This document shows, piece by piece, positions 50,581 through 63,893 of a stretch of DNA of 64,000 nucleotides. The stretch's first letter is position 1, and each line of letters begins with the position of its first letter. Both the position numbers and the translations under genes were made by a program. Below the pieces are notes generated by a model. The model did no database searches. It was given only the letters and a program-made list of their open reading frames with translations, and was not told where the DNA came from. Location of the stretch: the NCBI RefSeq assembly GCF_023055435.1, contig NW_025964001.1, forward strand, positions 30,504,001-30,568,000, read 5' to 3'. This DNA comes from Haliotis rufescens. Its lineage: Eukaryota.

Positions 50581-51149
50581 CATAGGCCTTAGCGTGCTTG
50601 TGACAGAAGTTACTCTCTGTAAACTGTTTGGGTCGCGAGGGGAGTTTCACAAACAGTTGAAGTTTTGTTCGATATTTGGGATAGTCAAAAGCCAGAAGCC
50701 AGTACACATGAAAGGTTAGCCTTGTATGAATATTTTTGTAGCGGGACAACTTAAATTAACTGAAACATTGTGAGCCCATTGCTTTTCTTCGCAGCTAAAG
50801 GCTCCTCTGTTAACTATAGTTCCCCACGTTGATTTGTTTGGAAACACTCCACAAGTAAGATAAGAACACAAGTAGTTATTTAGATTACATCTGACATAAG
50901 ATCTACAGCAATGTTTTTATTTTTATGGGTAGCAGATGCAGTTAGTGCACAAAATATGTTCAGTTGGGCTAGAACGCAGCTCATTCTGAGCAGTCGGCCG
51001 AGAAACTTAAGTTTGCGTGTATAAATATAACCCATCATTGTAATTAATCCAAGGTTAGCAAAATTGTGCATTCTCTCGAAGATCTTTTTTTCAAATTCTT
51101 GAATAGTTCTAACCAAATACCTTTGGGTCGTTTCTGATAAGACGAGGTC

Positions 51150-52130
51150 TTTTCGTATGACATTGTTGATAGTTCACAGCCATAGAAAAGAATCAAGAAA
51201 TTGAATAAAAAGGCAGTACGAACTAATAGGAATCAAGATATGTTGACATATCGTAAACAGAGAAATAAAGTAAATAATATAGAAGTATTATGCAAAATTT
51301 ATATATTTATTATGTGTAAGGAAAACAAGCCCTATAAGTGGAAAATCTTAGGTCATCTTGTTAAAAGTTCTGGAACATCAAACTCTTTTCTTTCACTTAA
51401 TCTAGTGAACACAATGATCACCCGACGGTGTTTTCGGATATAGGCAAGGGGAAAACAGGTATCGTTAAACGAATATGCTGCCTCTATCTGTAATACAAAT
51501 GTAGATAAGGAAACGTGACCTTACTTTGAGCCATGTACACCTTGCTTCTGATATACAATTACAGTTACGGAAACAGATATACTGATGTAACTAAGAGTCT
51601 CCATGCATGTGAGCCAGACAGAATAAGTCACAGTCTATCAAAATACATGTATATTGCAGATTCAATTATCAAACCACTTTGTCTATTGTTTAATAAATCA
51701 CGGTCAACTTGCCGGTACCCTACTTGTGGACTGAGGCACATATCACGCCGCTTTACAAGAAAGGCAATAGAATGATTGCATCAAATATCACTAATTAGTT
51801 GTGTTGGCAACATTTTTGAAAGGGTAATTTTTAAGTAAAAACTATATGTCTAATTATTTTTTTGATAATAAAATATCAGTCAGGCTTCCAAATTGGACTT
51901 TCAGCTGTTCATCAACTTATTGAAATCTACCAAGGCCGTTGTTATGATTTAGATAAGCAGAGGTTTATTGTATTATATGTTGCGATGTGTCAAAGACCTC
52001 TGAACGTGTTTGGCACAGAGGACAGTTGTGAAAACTTAAAAGATATGGATAACTTGTTCAACTGGCTAGAACGTTATTTGGGTAATTGACATGGAAACAT
52101 ATATTTAAATGGGACATTGTCCAGTAAGAG
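51150..52130 (+). mobile_element. Degenerate CR1/L2-type LINE reverse transcriptase fragment
   Basis: Broken-frame motifs IADSIIKPLCLLFNKS, ISLISCVGNIFERVIF and KYQSGFQIGLSAVHQLIEIY. Confidence 0.75.
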
Positions 52131-52379
52131 GCAGCTCCAATAGCTACCAAGTCATCATAATATGCTCCCCGAGAGGCTGTCTATTTCGAACCTGGTTGGA
52201 ATACACTGGAAACAGAAACTTGAAGTTAACACACTTACACACAAAGAAAAATATATAACATTAACAACAATGTAACCCCTCCCTTCTTGCGTGTTACCAA
52301 ATAATGTTAATGATATTCGTACAACTTAAGGAATGCACGAAATATATCAATAACATTCAGCAGAACACGATTATTTTAT

Positions 52380-52606
52380 GTTTGTCGCTTAATTCCGCAC
52401 TCAGCAATATTCCAGCTATATGACGGCGGTCTGTAAATAACTTAGTCTGGACAAGACAATCCAGTGATTGGCATCATGAGCATCGATCTACACAATTATG
52501 ATACGATGACATGCATCAACCAAGTCAGCGAGCCTGACCACCCGATCCCGTTAGTCGCAAGCATGGGTTGCTGAAGACATATTCTCTTCCCGGACCTTCA
52601 CGGGTC
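52380..52606 (-). mobile_element. Short retroposon family C
   Basis: Reverse copy lacking part of the hairpin module. Confidence 0.8.
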
Positions 52607-53499
52607 TTCTGATGAAAAGAACTAGTGTAGACGAATAACTTGATATGTAAAAAAATGTCCCAACATGTATACTTTTTGTTGTTGCGTGTATACTATTTGT
52701 CTTTGAAAATCCCTCAATAGATTAGTTCGATGTGGTTGTCTTTTCTCATGCAACACCTAACACCCGTCTATCAAACATGGCGCAAAGTTTACAGCAAGGT
52801 GACAAAGTGTATTCTAAATTCTGCCGCTAATTTTCAAAAGATGTCACAGCCTCATGTTCGTGAGGCAGCTCTGCTGTGTATTTGCTCTGGGAGTGGTAGC
52901 CATTGCGATATTTTACTGCAGCTTCAAACACTAGGATTCGGTAACTCGACTGAGAAATATGCGCTCAGAATCCTCAGATGATTGTTAACTTATGAATGAA
53001 GGAACTACCTGGTCACAATTTAATGTAGAACTACCGAGTGACGAAGAATTTTGACTCCTCGTCGCTGACTCCACGCCAGTAAGACCAGGGCGTTCACTCA
53101 AACACAGTGCACTGAAACACGGTGAATGATACCAAGCTCCTCACAGCGACAGTCCGTTCGCGGAGCTCTCTATATCACAAACGAGTGACGACTGCCGTGA
53201 AGCCGATACTCTTACCCCTGCTTAATAATTTTCTTTGTTTGTCAATTTCTATTTCTATTTTATTTCAGTAAGAATGAAAGGGGGAAGTTGTCATTCGATC
53301 GAGTGTCATGGTGAATCGGGGTACAGGGTATCCGAGCACGCCAACCGTACTATCGAATGACATTGACGCCACAACACCCATATAAGACGTTGATATGGGC
53401 CGGGCAGGTTCGGCGTTGGCGGGTTCGAGACTGGAGACGAGTCCAGTTCGAGTTGATGGTCAGTGGCGTATTAAAGACGTCAAGGTTGATGCCTAGGGC

Positions 53500-53830
53500 T
53501 GACCTGTGTCATTAAGTTCAGCAATTTGGAGGCGGAGTCGTGATCTGGAGAGGAATATCTGTGTAGGTTTGAAGACGAAGCTGGTTATCTTTCAAAGCAA
53601 CATTACTGCACAGAGCTATCGGAATGAAGTTTTGCGATCCGCAAACAGACACGCAGTATTGTCTTTCAGCATAATAATGCTAGACCCGTTACTGCAAGGA
53701 TGACACGGAACTTCCTCAACAAAATGAACGTTCATGTGTTTCCATGGCTGGCATGTTCTCCTGACATGAACCCCATCGATCATTTGAGGGATCATCTTGA
53801 CAGGTCTTGCCAGTCTACCTTCAGGACCTG
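53500..53830 (+). mobile_element. Tc1 transposase fossil, C-terminal DDE part
   Basis: FQHNNARP and VFPWLACSPDMNPIDHLRDHLDR. Confidence 0.8.
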
Positions 53831-54130
53831 GAGCTATGTCTCATCGACCACAGGGGCTTGTAACGCAAAAAATAGCAGCTACAAGATATATGGTCATATA
53901 TGATATATGCTATATGAAAGGATATGGTATACTGACACTGGGTGTGACCATATATCTTGCAGCTGCTATTGTTTGTGTTACAGCCCCTGTGTCACGAGGT
54001 GGACATACTCAATATTACACCTGTGATTTATGACTTTGCAGTGACTTGTCTGTTGTCACACACATGTTTTGACAATGACGAAGTGAATGATCTTGACCCC
54101 CTGTATCTTTGTGCCATTGTCATGATTGTC

Positions 54131-54950
54131 ATGAGACAGTATCTCAATGAACAGACAAAATGGCGAATTGTGGACACGGTAGAGGGGGAAGGGACATCAA
54201 TGTCCCAAGTTGCCCGAATGTTTGACAAATCAAAAGGTTTAGTTTCTCGACTGTGGGACATATACTGTCAGAGGACTGGGGTTGCAGTGACACCTGGGAG
54301 TGGCAGGCCTAAAAAGGATACCGAGACAAGATCGTCTCATTACATTAATTACACTATGTAATAGATTCAAATCTGCTCCTGTTATCAATGGAGAACTCCA
54401 TACAATAACAGGAAAGTGAATGTCAACATCTACCGTTAAAAACCAGTTCTATGCAGCCAGCCTGAAAGCATGGGGTCCTGTGAAGGGTGTGACCCCAACA
54501 GCATACCATAGGTGGCAATAATTGGGGTGGGCTAGGCAACATCAGGGACGGGCTTTGTGCCAATGGCGTTTTACCTTCAATTCACAGATGGCAGAAAACG
54601 TTGTGGGCGAGGTAGCAGTGAGCCGGTATACCAGGGCAACCATTCTTGACCATGATCGGTATGGGGGCGGTAGTGTCATGGTGTGGGGTGGTATTACACA
54701 TGACGGGCGAACTGATTTGGTTATGTGAATGGACATTTGTCTGGTCAGCGATGTGATGTCGACATTTTGCGTCATGTCACTGTTCTATTCACTAGAATTA
54801 TTGGCAGAAAATTTGGACTGCAAGATGTCAATGCCAGACCACATAGTGGCCAGGTCATCAATGATTATCTCTGACGAGAAGACATACGGACATTGGACTG
54901 GCCCGCTAAGCACCCTGACATGTGCCCAGTAGACCCAGTGTAGGATGTTT
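54131..54950 (+). mobile_element. Second Tc1 transposase fossil, near full length and frameshifted
   Basis: Paired-like HTH SQVARMF...GSGRPKK, YGGGSVMVWGGIT, QDVNARPH and WPAKHPD. Confidence 0.82.
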
Positions 54951-55236
54951 CCGAGAACGGCCGAGATTTATTTCACAGATATTTTACCTTCATACTATCA
55001 TTTCATCAGCTCCCTTATTTTTTGTCGGTAGTATATGTAAGTATGTTTTAACTTCCAAGATGCTTGTTTCATTCGTCTCTCGGTGTCTTGGTGTACTGCG
55101 GGAAGGGGAGGTCGGAAGACTAATATGGGAACGTTGTTTAGGAACTGAAGGGTTAGTTTGGCTCATGGTATAGCTGTACAATGACGTCACTCAGGGTACC
55201 AAGTCGGTTCTTCTTTCATCAGACCGTAGTCATGTA

Positions 55237-55492
55237 AGTGAGTGAGTTGGGTTTAAACAGTATTCCAGTTATATCACGGCGTGTCAGCTTAATGTGGGAG
55301 GAAAGCCCGAGGTGATGCAGGTCTCAGACGTTTACCACTTCAGTGAAACCCACTAGCACGGGTATGGTGCTGACAAACCTAGAAACATAATCGGGGCGAA
55401 CCCGGATTCGAACCAACAGTCATAGGTTTCTGGCGTGCCCAAGAGACGCAACTCTGCAAAGCAAATTGCGGCGCCTTAGACGACTGGCCCCC
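55237..55492 (-). mobile_element. SINE family A
   Basis: Reverse-complement copy with GAGT-repeat tail. Confidence 0.82.
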
Positions 55493-57120
55493 GTAGTCCT
55501 GTAATTTCCCCTTGGTAGCTGGTAGGTACTGGTCCCTTCCCTAACACGGGTCTTCAGATGGACAAGGAACTTGTTTAATTGGAAGTTTGCATCTTCAGCA
55601 ACATGTTTATGGGCGGTCTTATAGGTTGGTGTTGAGTGATGCATGGCAGGTCCTCTTACAACAGCTGCAGTACATCCGGAATTTATATCCTCCATACACT
55701 AAATTCTCTCTGCCTAATGAACTTATTTATGCATTACCATGGCTAAACCGTAATTAAAATCCTCTGTCAGGCAATACTGAGATTATTTTCTTATCACCTA
55801 CACCATGAATTTAAAATTACTCATAGGCAAATATTCTCTTTTGATCATATAAATTTTCTCCAGGATTATTCATGCACACGAAAAATTACATGTGTATACC
55901 ATCCATTTCATGTTTGAAAAATCTATCATTTAGATAAACGTAAATTTATATGTCAGGAAATAGTTAACTTTTATTTTTTTAAATTATATATATATAATTA
56001 TTTTACTGATGTATCCTTTGTTTAAAATGGCTGTACTGAACCATGTTGTTCACGTGGCACAGAAGTTTAAAATAAGACAGATACTCAGTCAATTATTAGC
56101 ATACAAAATCGCTTTTTCAAACATAACATTAATTGCACCCGCCATTATCACACTGACCTTTTCAAACCCTTTTCTGTTTCACATCGCGAAAACGCACCCC
56201 CGCTGCTTTCATTCGGGATGTATCGGCCTATTCCGATGTTTCCAATGGCGCTCCTTTGTTCCGTTCATAACTCCGAGATATGCGAATCGTTGTCTTGAAA
56301 TCTGAATTCATTGACAACATAGTTCGTTGAAACATATTGGAAATATTTATCATTAGATTTTGTAAATAAATCTAAAACGTGTCAGCATATTTTCAATACC
56401 ATATATAGGTTACCAATCAATCCAGGTACTTGGTTTTCTCAAGGACGCTATAATAATATGCTGTAGACTGGTATCCTGTACAGCGGCGATGAGCGCAAGC
56501 GCTCTAAGGCAGGCAAACCAGTCTATACATATAGTGCTGCGTAGTGATATTGGTATTTTAAAGTGACAGGTTGCCGCGGAATTTGACTGCACTTCCGCTG
56601 TAAACACAGCTGTGCACACTTGATCATTGAGACATTTGAGTTTAATTACAACAGGTAACACTTACCTTCATCTCCCCTTACCCCTTCAATACACTTAATT
56701 TATCATGTCCCTTTATTCCGACCAGATTACATACACTTGCTCGGACCACAGGACCATGTAACTAATAATAATAATCAACAAATTCGCAGAAGAGGCCGAA
56801 TGTAGTTACGACTTACGTTGCTCCCAATACAGATTTAAATCGATTTAAAGCTCTACTTAAGTTAAAATAATAGGAAAGGAAAAAAAATATCTATATGTCT
56901 ACGTCAATTGGTGGTGTTGGTATATGTGATGGACAACAAAACTTGATAGTTCCTAAATACATGTAATATACCTTTGTGAATGAAAATCGGTGTACATGTC
57001 ACTTTTAATTTGGAAAAGAATTATGAAGTAGGTAGATAAAAAATAATTGAATGATCTCAATGCAAATAGCTTCTTATTATATTTGTGTCTGTTGATTAGT
57101 GACGAAAGATATTGGATGAC

Positions 57121-57332
57121 ATTTTGACACTTGTGGGTGTGCTGTTTCCTGAACAATTTTTGTTTTGTGTGTTTTCGAGTAACCTATAATGTTGGTGTTT
57201 TCACCACTAGACCACTAACAAAACAAACTTAACAGCTTGACATTTTGACACATGTGGGTGTGCTGTTTCCTGAACAATTTTTGTTTTTTTTGTTTTCGAG
57301 TATAATGTTGTTGTTTTCACCACTAGACCACA
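57121..57332. repeat. Local tandem duplication, period about 121 bp
   Basis: attttgacac...caccactagaccac occurs twice. Confidence 0.8.
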
Positions 57333-58464
57333 TAGGCGGTCTCAGTATACATAAGACTTGAACACATATCTTGAATGCTGAATGTCTGCTGTTCGATCAA
57401 AGGTATCATAATTTTCATTGGAATAACGTCCCATACTTTTGCTCTTCCTTGACTTTGTGCGTGGTGTTTGCCCAAAGTCACTGTGTGTTTGCGAGAGGAT
57501 TTAAAGGGAAAATAGTGAAGGATCTTTTGGCACATTTTTTCAGTTCTAGGAGCAATAGTGTGGTAACATTACACTTATTAATTATGACATTTCTTGGGTT
57601 TGAGAAATGGGAAACACCCCACTTGTTCTATCTCAACACAAATGAGTTCTGTCAGAGCTACGATAGCTATCATAGCTCTGACGATCTGTGATAGGTTTAA
57701 GATAGTTTGGAAACTTAAGATATATCTGTACCTAAATTGTTAAGACTAAGTTGTTTAGAAAATCTGGACCAAAAATGTTTTCTGTAAAAGCAGCACTAAC
57801 CATTGTGTGAGCTCAGAGGAATTCTCTGAGAAGGCTTTACGAAAAAGTTGAGATTACCTATAAGTGTCATATACTACCAAAGTGTGCTAGATATATTCAG
57901 ATTTTTTTTTAGATGTTGACTCTAGCACACACAGGAAAGAAGTGAGGTTTTCCTGCCTTGCACATGCACTAAAGCACTGATGGAGGAAAACACAACTAAT
58001 TAGAGTCAGCTGACGGTGAAGAGGACTTCTGTTGAAATTCTAAAAGATTTTTATAGTGTGATGACAGCCAAAATACAGGATTATTGCAATGATGTTATAG
58101 TGGTAGTATTCTTAGAATTATTCATTATGATATCTGTTGTTTGATGTTTCTGATGGGAAAGTTTTGGGACATTCAGATTGGGATTGGGCGGTTCCGTTTT
58201 TGCATGTAACAAACACTCTTTACAGTTATTGAGTTACCCTTAATCAGTTTATGAGAAAATGACGACAATTGAGTTCAGTGTTGCAATCTATCTGTCACGT
58301 TAAATTTCAAATGGGTCCAGCAAAGGCATTAATGGAGCTGGCCCTATTTTGCAATTACCTTTCTTGCTGTTCACATTCTCTTACTGAACATCGAGTCACA
58401 GATTATTTGACTTATGCCATCACTGATTTGTGTGTTGCAGCATGTGTGTGACTGGGTGGCCAGC

Positions 58465-58653
58465 ATGAGACTGTCCTGTGAGGTGGATGTCGTTAACAGA
58501 CTGCTACCCTCGCACAATGTCCGTAAGGCCAAGAGGGGGTGTCATGCCCAGGTGTCTCTTGGGCGAAAGCCAGCTGCCAGTGCCTCTCGATCTGGCAGTC
58601 AACTGTTCCTTATGGTGTGTACCGCAAAAGACAGGAATGGTGCAAAGTATGTG
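58465..58653 (+). CDS. LRR1: LRR1 (PPIL5, CRL2 substrate receptor) coding exon 1; CDS join(58465..58653,60108..60206,61613..62340,62955..63207), 422 aa
   Basis: MRLSCEVDVVNRLLPS...FLMVCTAKDRNGAKYV resembles the human LRR1 N-terminus; acceptor ttgcag at 58440 implies an upstream UTR exon; donor gtaggt. Confidence 0.9.
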
Positions 58654-60107
58654 GTAGGTATTGCTCAAGTGTGAAAGGCATGGTGTTGTTTTAATCATTG
58701 GTTGAACTTTACAGGTCTGTTGTTTTCATATCCTGATACAACATAGTGCAAATGACCTTCTATCTTCAATACTTAAACACACAACCAGAGATGCCAACCA
58801 TTACACTTTGGTGTAATAATCATGCTTCTCAGCCTACAATTACGCTATTATGCTTATGCTTGTTCTCCCAAATAACCCTTTTTGACAATTCAGTCACAAA
58901 TAATTTACATTCGTTAAATATCACCGGTCCCATGGTCTATACAAACCAGTCTATTAGTGAAGTGTTTTTTGATGATTTGGGATATTTTTTTTATATTTCA
59001 TGTTTTTATGACTTGATGAAACCTTTAAATGTTTCTTTGAATAATGTCTTGCTGAAACTTGCTATGCAGATCAGGCTGGTGGTGAACTGGTGCGTTTTGA
59101 TGATTTGGGAATTGTACTTTTTTTATTTATTCTTTTCATGACGACAAGTTGGACTTCTACTGAAAACAAAGGGAACTCCAAAACCTTTAAATGTTTCTTT
59201 GAATATTTCTCAATGAAAGTTGCTAGGCAGATCAGTCTAGTGGTGCGATGATTTGGGTCTTGTATTTTTATATTCTTTCAGGACGACAAGTAGGACTTAT
59301 ACTAAAAATGAGGGTAGTGCTCGTTTCCAGAGCAGAACTCCCAAACCGATGAATAGTTCCTTTTGGATCTTGCTAGGTAGATCAGTCTAGTGATGAACTG
59401 GTGCCTTTTGATGATTTGGGATTTTTTTTAAACTGGACAGCATAATTATTTTTTCCACTTAACTTGGCATGTAGGCAAATAAGGCAGCTTGCACTTTGCC
59501 CAGTCAATTTGTTTAAATAATTCACTTGTAGAAAATATATATGTGTATAAGACTGGAACTGGAATACCGTCTGATCACAAGATAATCTGGATATCTGAGA
59601 GGCAGTAACGTAAACATTGACGTCCCTTTATAATTTACATGATAGATACTATAATTATGCAGAGAAGAAAAAATTGTAATAAAAGTACTATTCTTTAATC
59701 CTTAGCGAACCATTTCAATGCAGTGTCTCAATACGTATGTTGTCTTGTAGCTGAGTCATGTTGCTTTATTTGCCCCAACTCTATCAAGAGCCTGGGTACT
59801 ATGTGTGAAGCCCATTTCTGGTGTCTTCCACCGTGAGCTTGCTGGAATATCGCTAAAAGCGGTGTAAAACCATTCTCACTCACTATCAAGGACATGTTGA
59901 ACAAAGGTATGCAACGGCAATCTCCTAATTGTAGATTGATGGCTCTGAGTGTAGAGTAAAACATTGGTGCATCAAATTATACAGGTTTTCCCCTATCAAA
60001 CTGTAACACATCCACAAAATAGTGTGCAAAACAGTTATTATGATGCATATCATGACTTAAAAGTGTTTAGTTACTAAGTTACTATCCACTTGCTTTTGTT
60101 TCCACAG

Positions 60108-60206
60108 ATAAAGAATAATGTCAGTCAGGTGTTTGCAAAATTTGTGAATGAAGGAAAGGCAACCATTCGATTCAGGGAGCCAGAAGAAGATCTGTGTTTA
60201 AGCAGG
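60108..60206 (+). CDS. LRR1: LRR1 exon 2 (PH-like domain)
   Basis: IKNNVSQVFAKFVNEGKATIRFREPEEDLCLSR with the conserved KFVxEGKAT motif; ccacag / gtaagt. Confidence 0.93.
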
Positions 60207-60233
60207 GTAAGTTCCTCTATGCAATATGCTTAA

Positions 60234-60767
60234 CACATCTTCCCGAGGCAAGCGGGTTAACTGACTCTAAAAGTCCTGTTTCCACCCTTGCTGAACTTGG
60301 CTGGAATTATGGAGTTATATTTTCACTAGATTTGTAAGTCTATGCATAGTCCAATCAAAATCCCCATCACGAAATCAAATCTGGTTCGTAAACAACATGG
60401 CAACCGCCGTTCCGAATTTGTTCAACTGCAGGACTTGCAGAGCATGTGTACCGTTAATTGGGCGTTGACAGATATTTTCCAAATCTTTTAATGTTTTTAA
60501 TCAAGGTGCTCAAGTGATTTAATGCACTTCACCAGGTAAACCCCGCTTTATTACAATAAAGAGCTATATTATGGTTTAAAATTGTCTTGACTGGGCACAG
60601 CCATTTAGTTTGAAGCAAGTGCAAGAAATATGAGAGGTGGAATCTGGTTGGTCAGTAGTGGGGACATAACTCGTAATAGTAACTGGTCACACTACAATCA
60701 AGCCCAGAAATTCGTGCCTAGTTCAGCAAGGGTGGCAAGTTAACTCCCTTGTCTCGGGAAGATGGCT
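60234..60767. mobile_element. TTAA-flanked MITE (piggyBac- or Kolobok-type)
   Basis: TIR catcttcccgaggcaag / cttgtctcgggaagatg, internal inverted repeat ccacccttgctgaact, TTAA on both sides. Confidence 0.72.
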
Positions 60768-60929
60768 TTAACATGAATTGATATACATTTTCTCAAACCT
60801 CAGTCACCTTTGGACGGTGGCTGAAGCTGGCAAAGGCACAGGTTCGATTCCCCACAGAGTACAGTGTGTGAAGCCCATATCTGGTGTCCTCTGCTGTGAT
60901 ATTACTGCAATATTGCTATACTCATCATC

Positions 60930-61207
60930 TTTGGTTTGGTTTTGGTTTGGTTTGTTGTTTAACGCCGCACTCAGCAATATTCCAGCTTTATTACGGCGAT
61001 CTGTAAATAATCGAGCCTCAACCAGACAATCCAGTCATTAATATCATGAGCATCGATCCACCCAATTGGGATCGATGACATGCATCAACCAAGTCAGCGA
61101 GCCTGACCACCCGATCCTGTTAGTCGCCTTTTACGACAAGCATAGTCGCCTTTTACGGCAAGCATGGGTTTCTGAAGACCAATTCTACCCCGGCATTTTC
61201 ACAGGTC
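60930..61207 (-). mobile_element. Short retroposon family C, inserted at the tail of a family D SINE (60813-60920)
   Basis: TSD actcatcatc. Confidence 0.82.
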
Positions 61208-61612
61208 ACTCATCATCACTCTCAACACAACACAAGTGATTTTGTTCTTGATGTCCAGCGATGGTACTTACTTCCATCATTTATGTTATGTTAATCAAAC
61301 AATAACGACAACTGTAAAAAGACAATACACTTCCATCCCTAGACGTGAAGTGGCTATGTTGTGCATGTTGGAAAACAGTTTTCAAAGGATTATCTGATAA
61401 AACTAATCATAGTTATCTACACTTTTCCACCAGTATTCGGAAAGCAAACTTGGCAACCATCAAATGGCTCTTCAATGCGCCAAATCATTTGTTGAATAAA
61501 ATAAACTTATACTTTTAGTATAAATGGTGCAGCAGATTCTCAGCATTATTATTTGTAGATAATGTTTAAACTTGTTGAAAGCTTGCAGTTTAGCATTACA
61601 TGTGTGTTACAG

Positions 61613-62340
61613 GCTGACCCCTTACAACTGAAGAGTTTGTTGTCACTGGTGCGAGCAGGTGCCCAGGGCCAGGATCTAGATAGAGTCACCTTGTCCTCAC
61701 TTGCACCAGCGTCCACTAAGCAGGTGGAGAAACCAAGGACTGAGCTGACTGTGACGTCCAGGAAGGAGTACCCAGTGACCAGCCGATTCCCGGCCAGCCT
61801 GGAGGTGCTCACTGTCCACTCCTGTGGCATGAAGCGCCTCGACCCCCGCATCTTGCATCTGTCCAGAATACACACACTTGACCTGAGTCTGAATGCTCTC
61901 ACATCCCTCCCAGATGACTGGGGTAGACTCAGCTGTGTGAGCACACTCATCCTCACTGACAACCAACTGTCAGAGATACCCTCTGCTCTGTGGAAGAGCC
62001 AGTTGTGTGAGACCATTGCCGTGTTGGATGTTCGTAACAACCATATAGCAACCATTCCCCTTCAGATATGTGAGCTCCACAAACTGGCCTGTCTCAGACT
62101 TGATAACAATGGTTTTGATTCACTGCCACCGACTATTGGCAAGCTTACCAACTTGAAAGAACTGGCCGTTGCGCAAAATAAGATAAAGGTCCTTCCAGCA
62201 GGATTTGCCCAACTCCGACTTGAAAATCTGGATGTGTCAGACAATCCATTTGACCTGAGTGTGGAAGGTGTGACAGGAGAAGAGCGACTTGTGTTCCCCA
62301 CCTTGATGGAGTGTGTGGCAAGAGCCATCAGAAAATACAG
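61613..62340 (+). CDS. LRR1: LRR1 exon 3 (leucine-rich repeats, BC-box region)
   Basis: Several LxxLxLxxN repeats followed by VFPTLMECVARAI; ttacag / gtttgc; phase 0-2. Confidence 0.93.
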
Positions 62341-62954
62341 GTTTGCCACACAGCTTTGTCTTCAGCTCAACCATTTCATGTCCCTACCATTTCAGCCATT
62401 TGAATTTTGTTTTGTTTTATAGATGACTTATGTATTCCTTGAGGAGACATTAGAACTTGTGTAATATCAATAGATATTATTGAGATCTAGCTGTTACCTT
62501 TTTTTCGTTTGTTGGAAATTTGGATTAAAAAAGTTCTTCGTGAAAGGCACGCACATTAGATAGACAATAATACTCATACATATAAGTAAGCTCAGTGTCG
62601 CATGTGGAAAAGTGAAACATGCCTCAGACTTGTTTCTGGATGATGACTTGCACAATATCGGAAGAGGTATTATTGTACCTGAAGCCATTATAAACTTTCT
62701 TGTTATGGTAACTGGATGCATAGGACGTTCACCAGAGGCAATGATATCACACTTGAAATGTATGCATATATATTATAAAACATTTTTATTTGGCATGCAC
62801 TTGGGGGACATTGGTCCAACAATTGTTTTTGTTTTCAGCATAAGAGCAGTTTGACATTAAGGCATTGTCTTAGGTCACTCATAACAGGTGTTATTAGCAA
62901 TCACTACTAATGTGTTGGAAATAAGTTGAGTATAATGGACTGCTGTTGTTTCAG

Positions 62955-63207
62955 GATCCCCTACACTGAAGAAGACTTGTTCCCCCAACTGTTCCACTAC
63001 CTGGCTGCAGCCCGCCAGTGCTGGTGTGGCAACTTCTGTTTCACCTGCAGTGCTCGTTACTTCAGTCATGTCAGTCTGCGTCACTTAGTGAGCAACAGTT
63101 ACAGTGCCAGCCCAGGAATCACTACTGCTCCAATAGAGGGCTTTCTCTGTTCCCAACATTGTCTGACACGCTTCAAGAACAACCCAAGGGCATACTGGAG
63201 GAATTAA
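62955..63207 (+). CDS. LRR1: LRR1 exon 4 (Cys-rich C-terminus) with stop
   Basis: (R)IPYTEEDLFPQLFHYLAAARQCWCGNFC...FLCSQHC...YWRN*. Confidence 0.92.
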
Positions 63208-63627
63208 AATTAACACTTACATCTTTTATTCGTCAATGTCAAGGTGCTGCTAAGATGCTTCTATCAATAATGTCATTGAAACCTTCATATTTGGTGAGTT
63301 GTCAGGCAACATCAGTGAAAGATTTGTTAAACCTCATCATGAAAACCAGAATTTTTTTTAAAAGGACAAACAGATTGCAATTCAAGGTTGTTCAATATTG
63401 GCACTCACTTGTAGCATTGTAGGAATTTTTGTTCTTGCAGCAAAATCACAAAAGGGACACAAGCTATAAATAAACAAAAGACTTCCAAAATATTTGTCTT
63501 CGCTTCTTTGTTGGAATAATTCAATTCAAATTTGACACGCAGTGGCTGTGGCCTTAGCAATCTTAGCAGCAGTCATGAATTCGGAACCCAGATGTTGGTT
63601 TTGTAAAAGATTCTCTGATTGGACTCC

Positions 63628-63893
63628 ACCCGTGAAAATCCAGGTTAGAAGAGGTCTTCAACATGCATGCTGTAAAAGGCGACTTTGCTTGTCGTAAGAG
63701 GCGACGAATGAGATCAGGTGGTCAGGCTCTCTGACTTATTTAATTTATGTCATCGTATCCAACTTACATAGAACGATGCTAATGATGTCAATCACTGGAT
63801 TGTTTGGTCCAGACTCGATTATTTACAGACCACCATCATATTGCTGGAATATTGCTGAGTACGGTGTTAAACAATGAACAAACAAACAAACAA
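63628..63893 (+). mobile_element. Short retroposon family C
   Basis: Full-length copy with (AAAC)n tail. Confidence 0.8.

Noticed and set aside
61549-62349. Minus-strand ORFs over LRR1
   Set aside because: Antisense shadows of LRR1 exon 3
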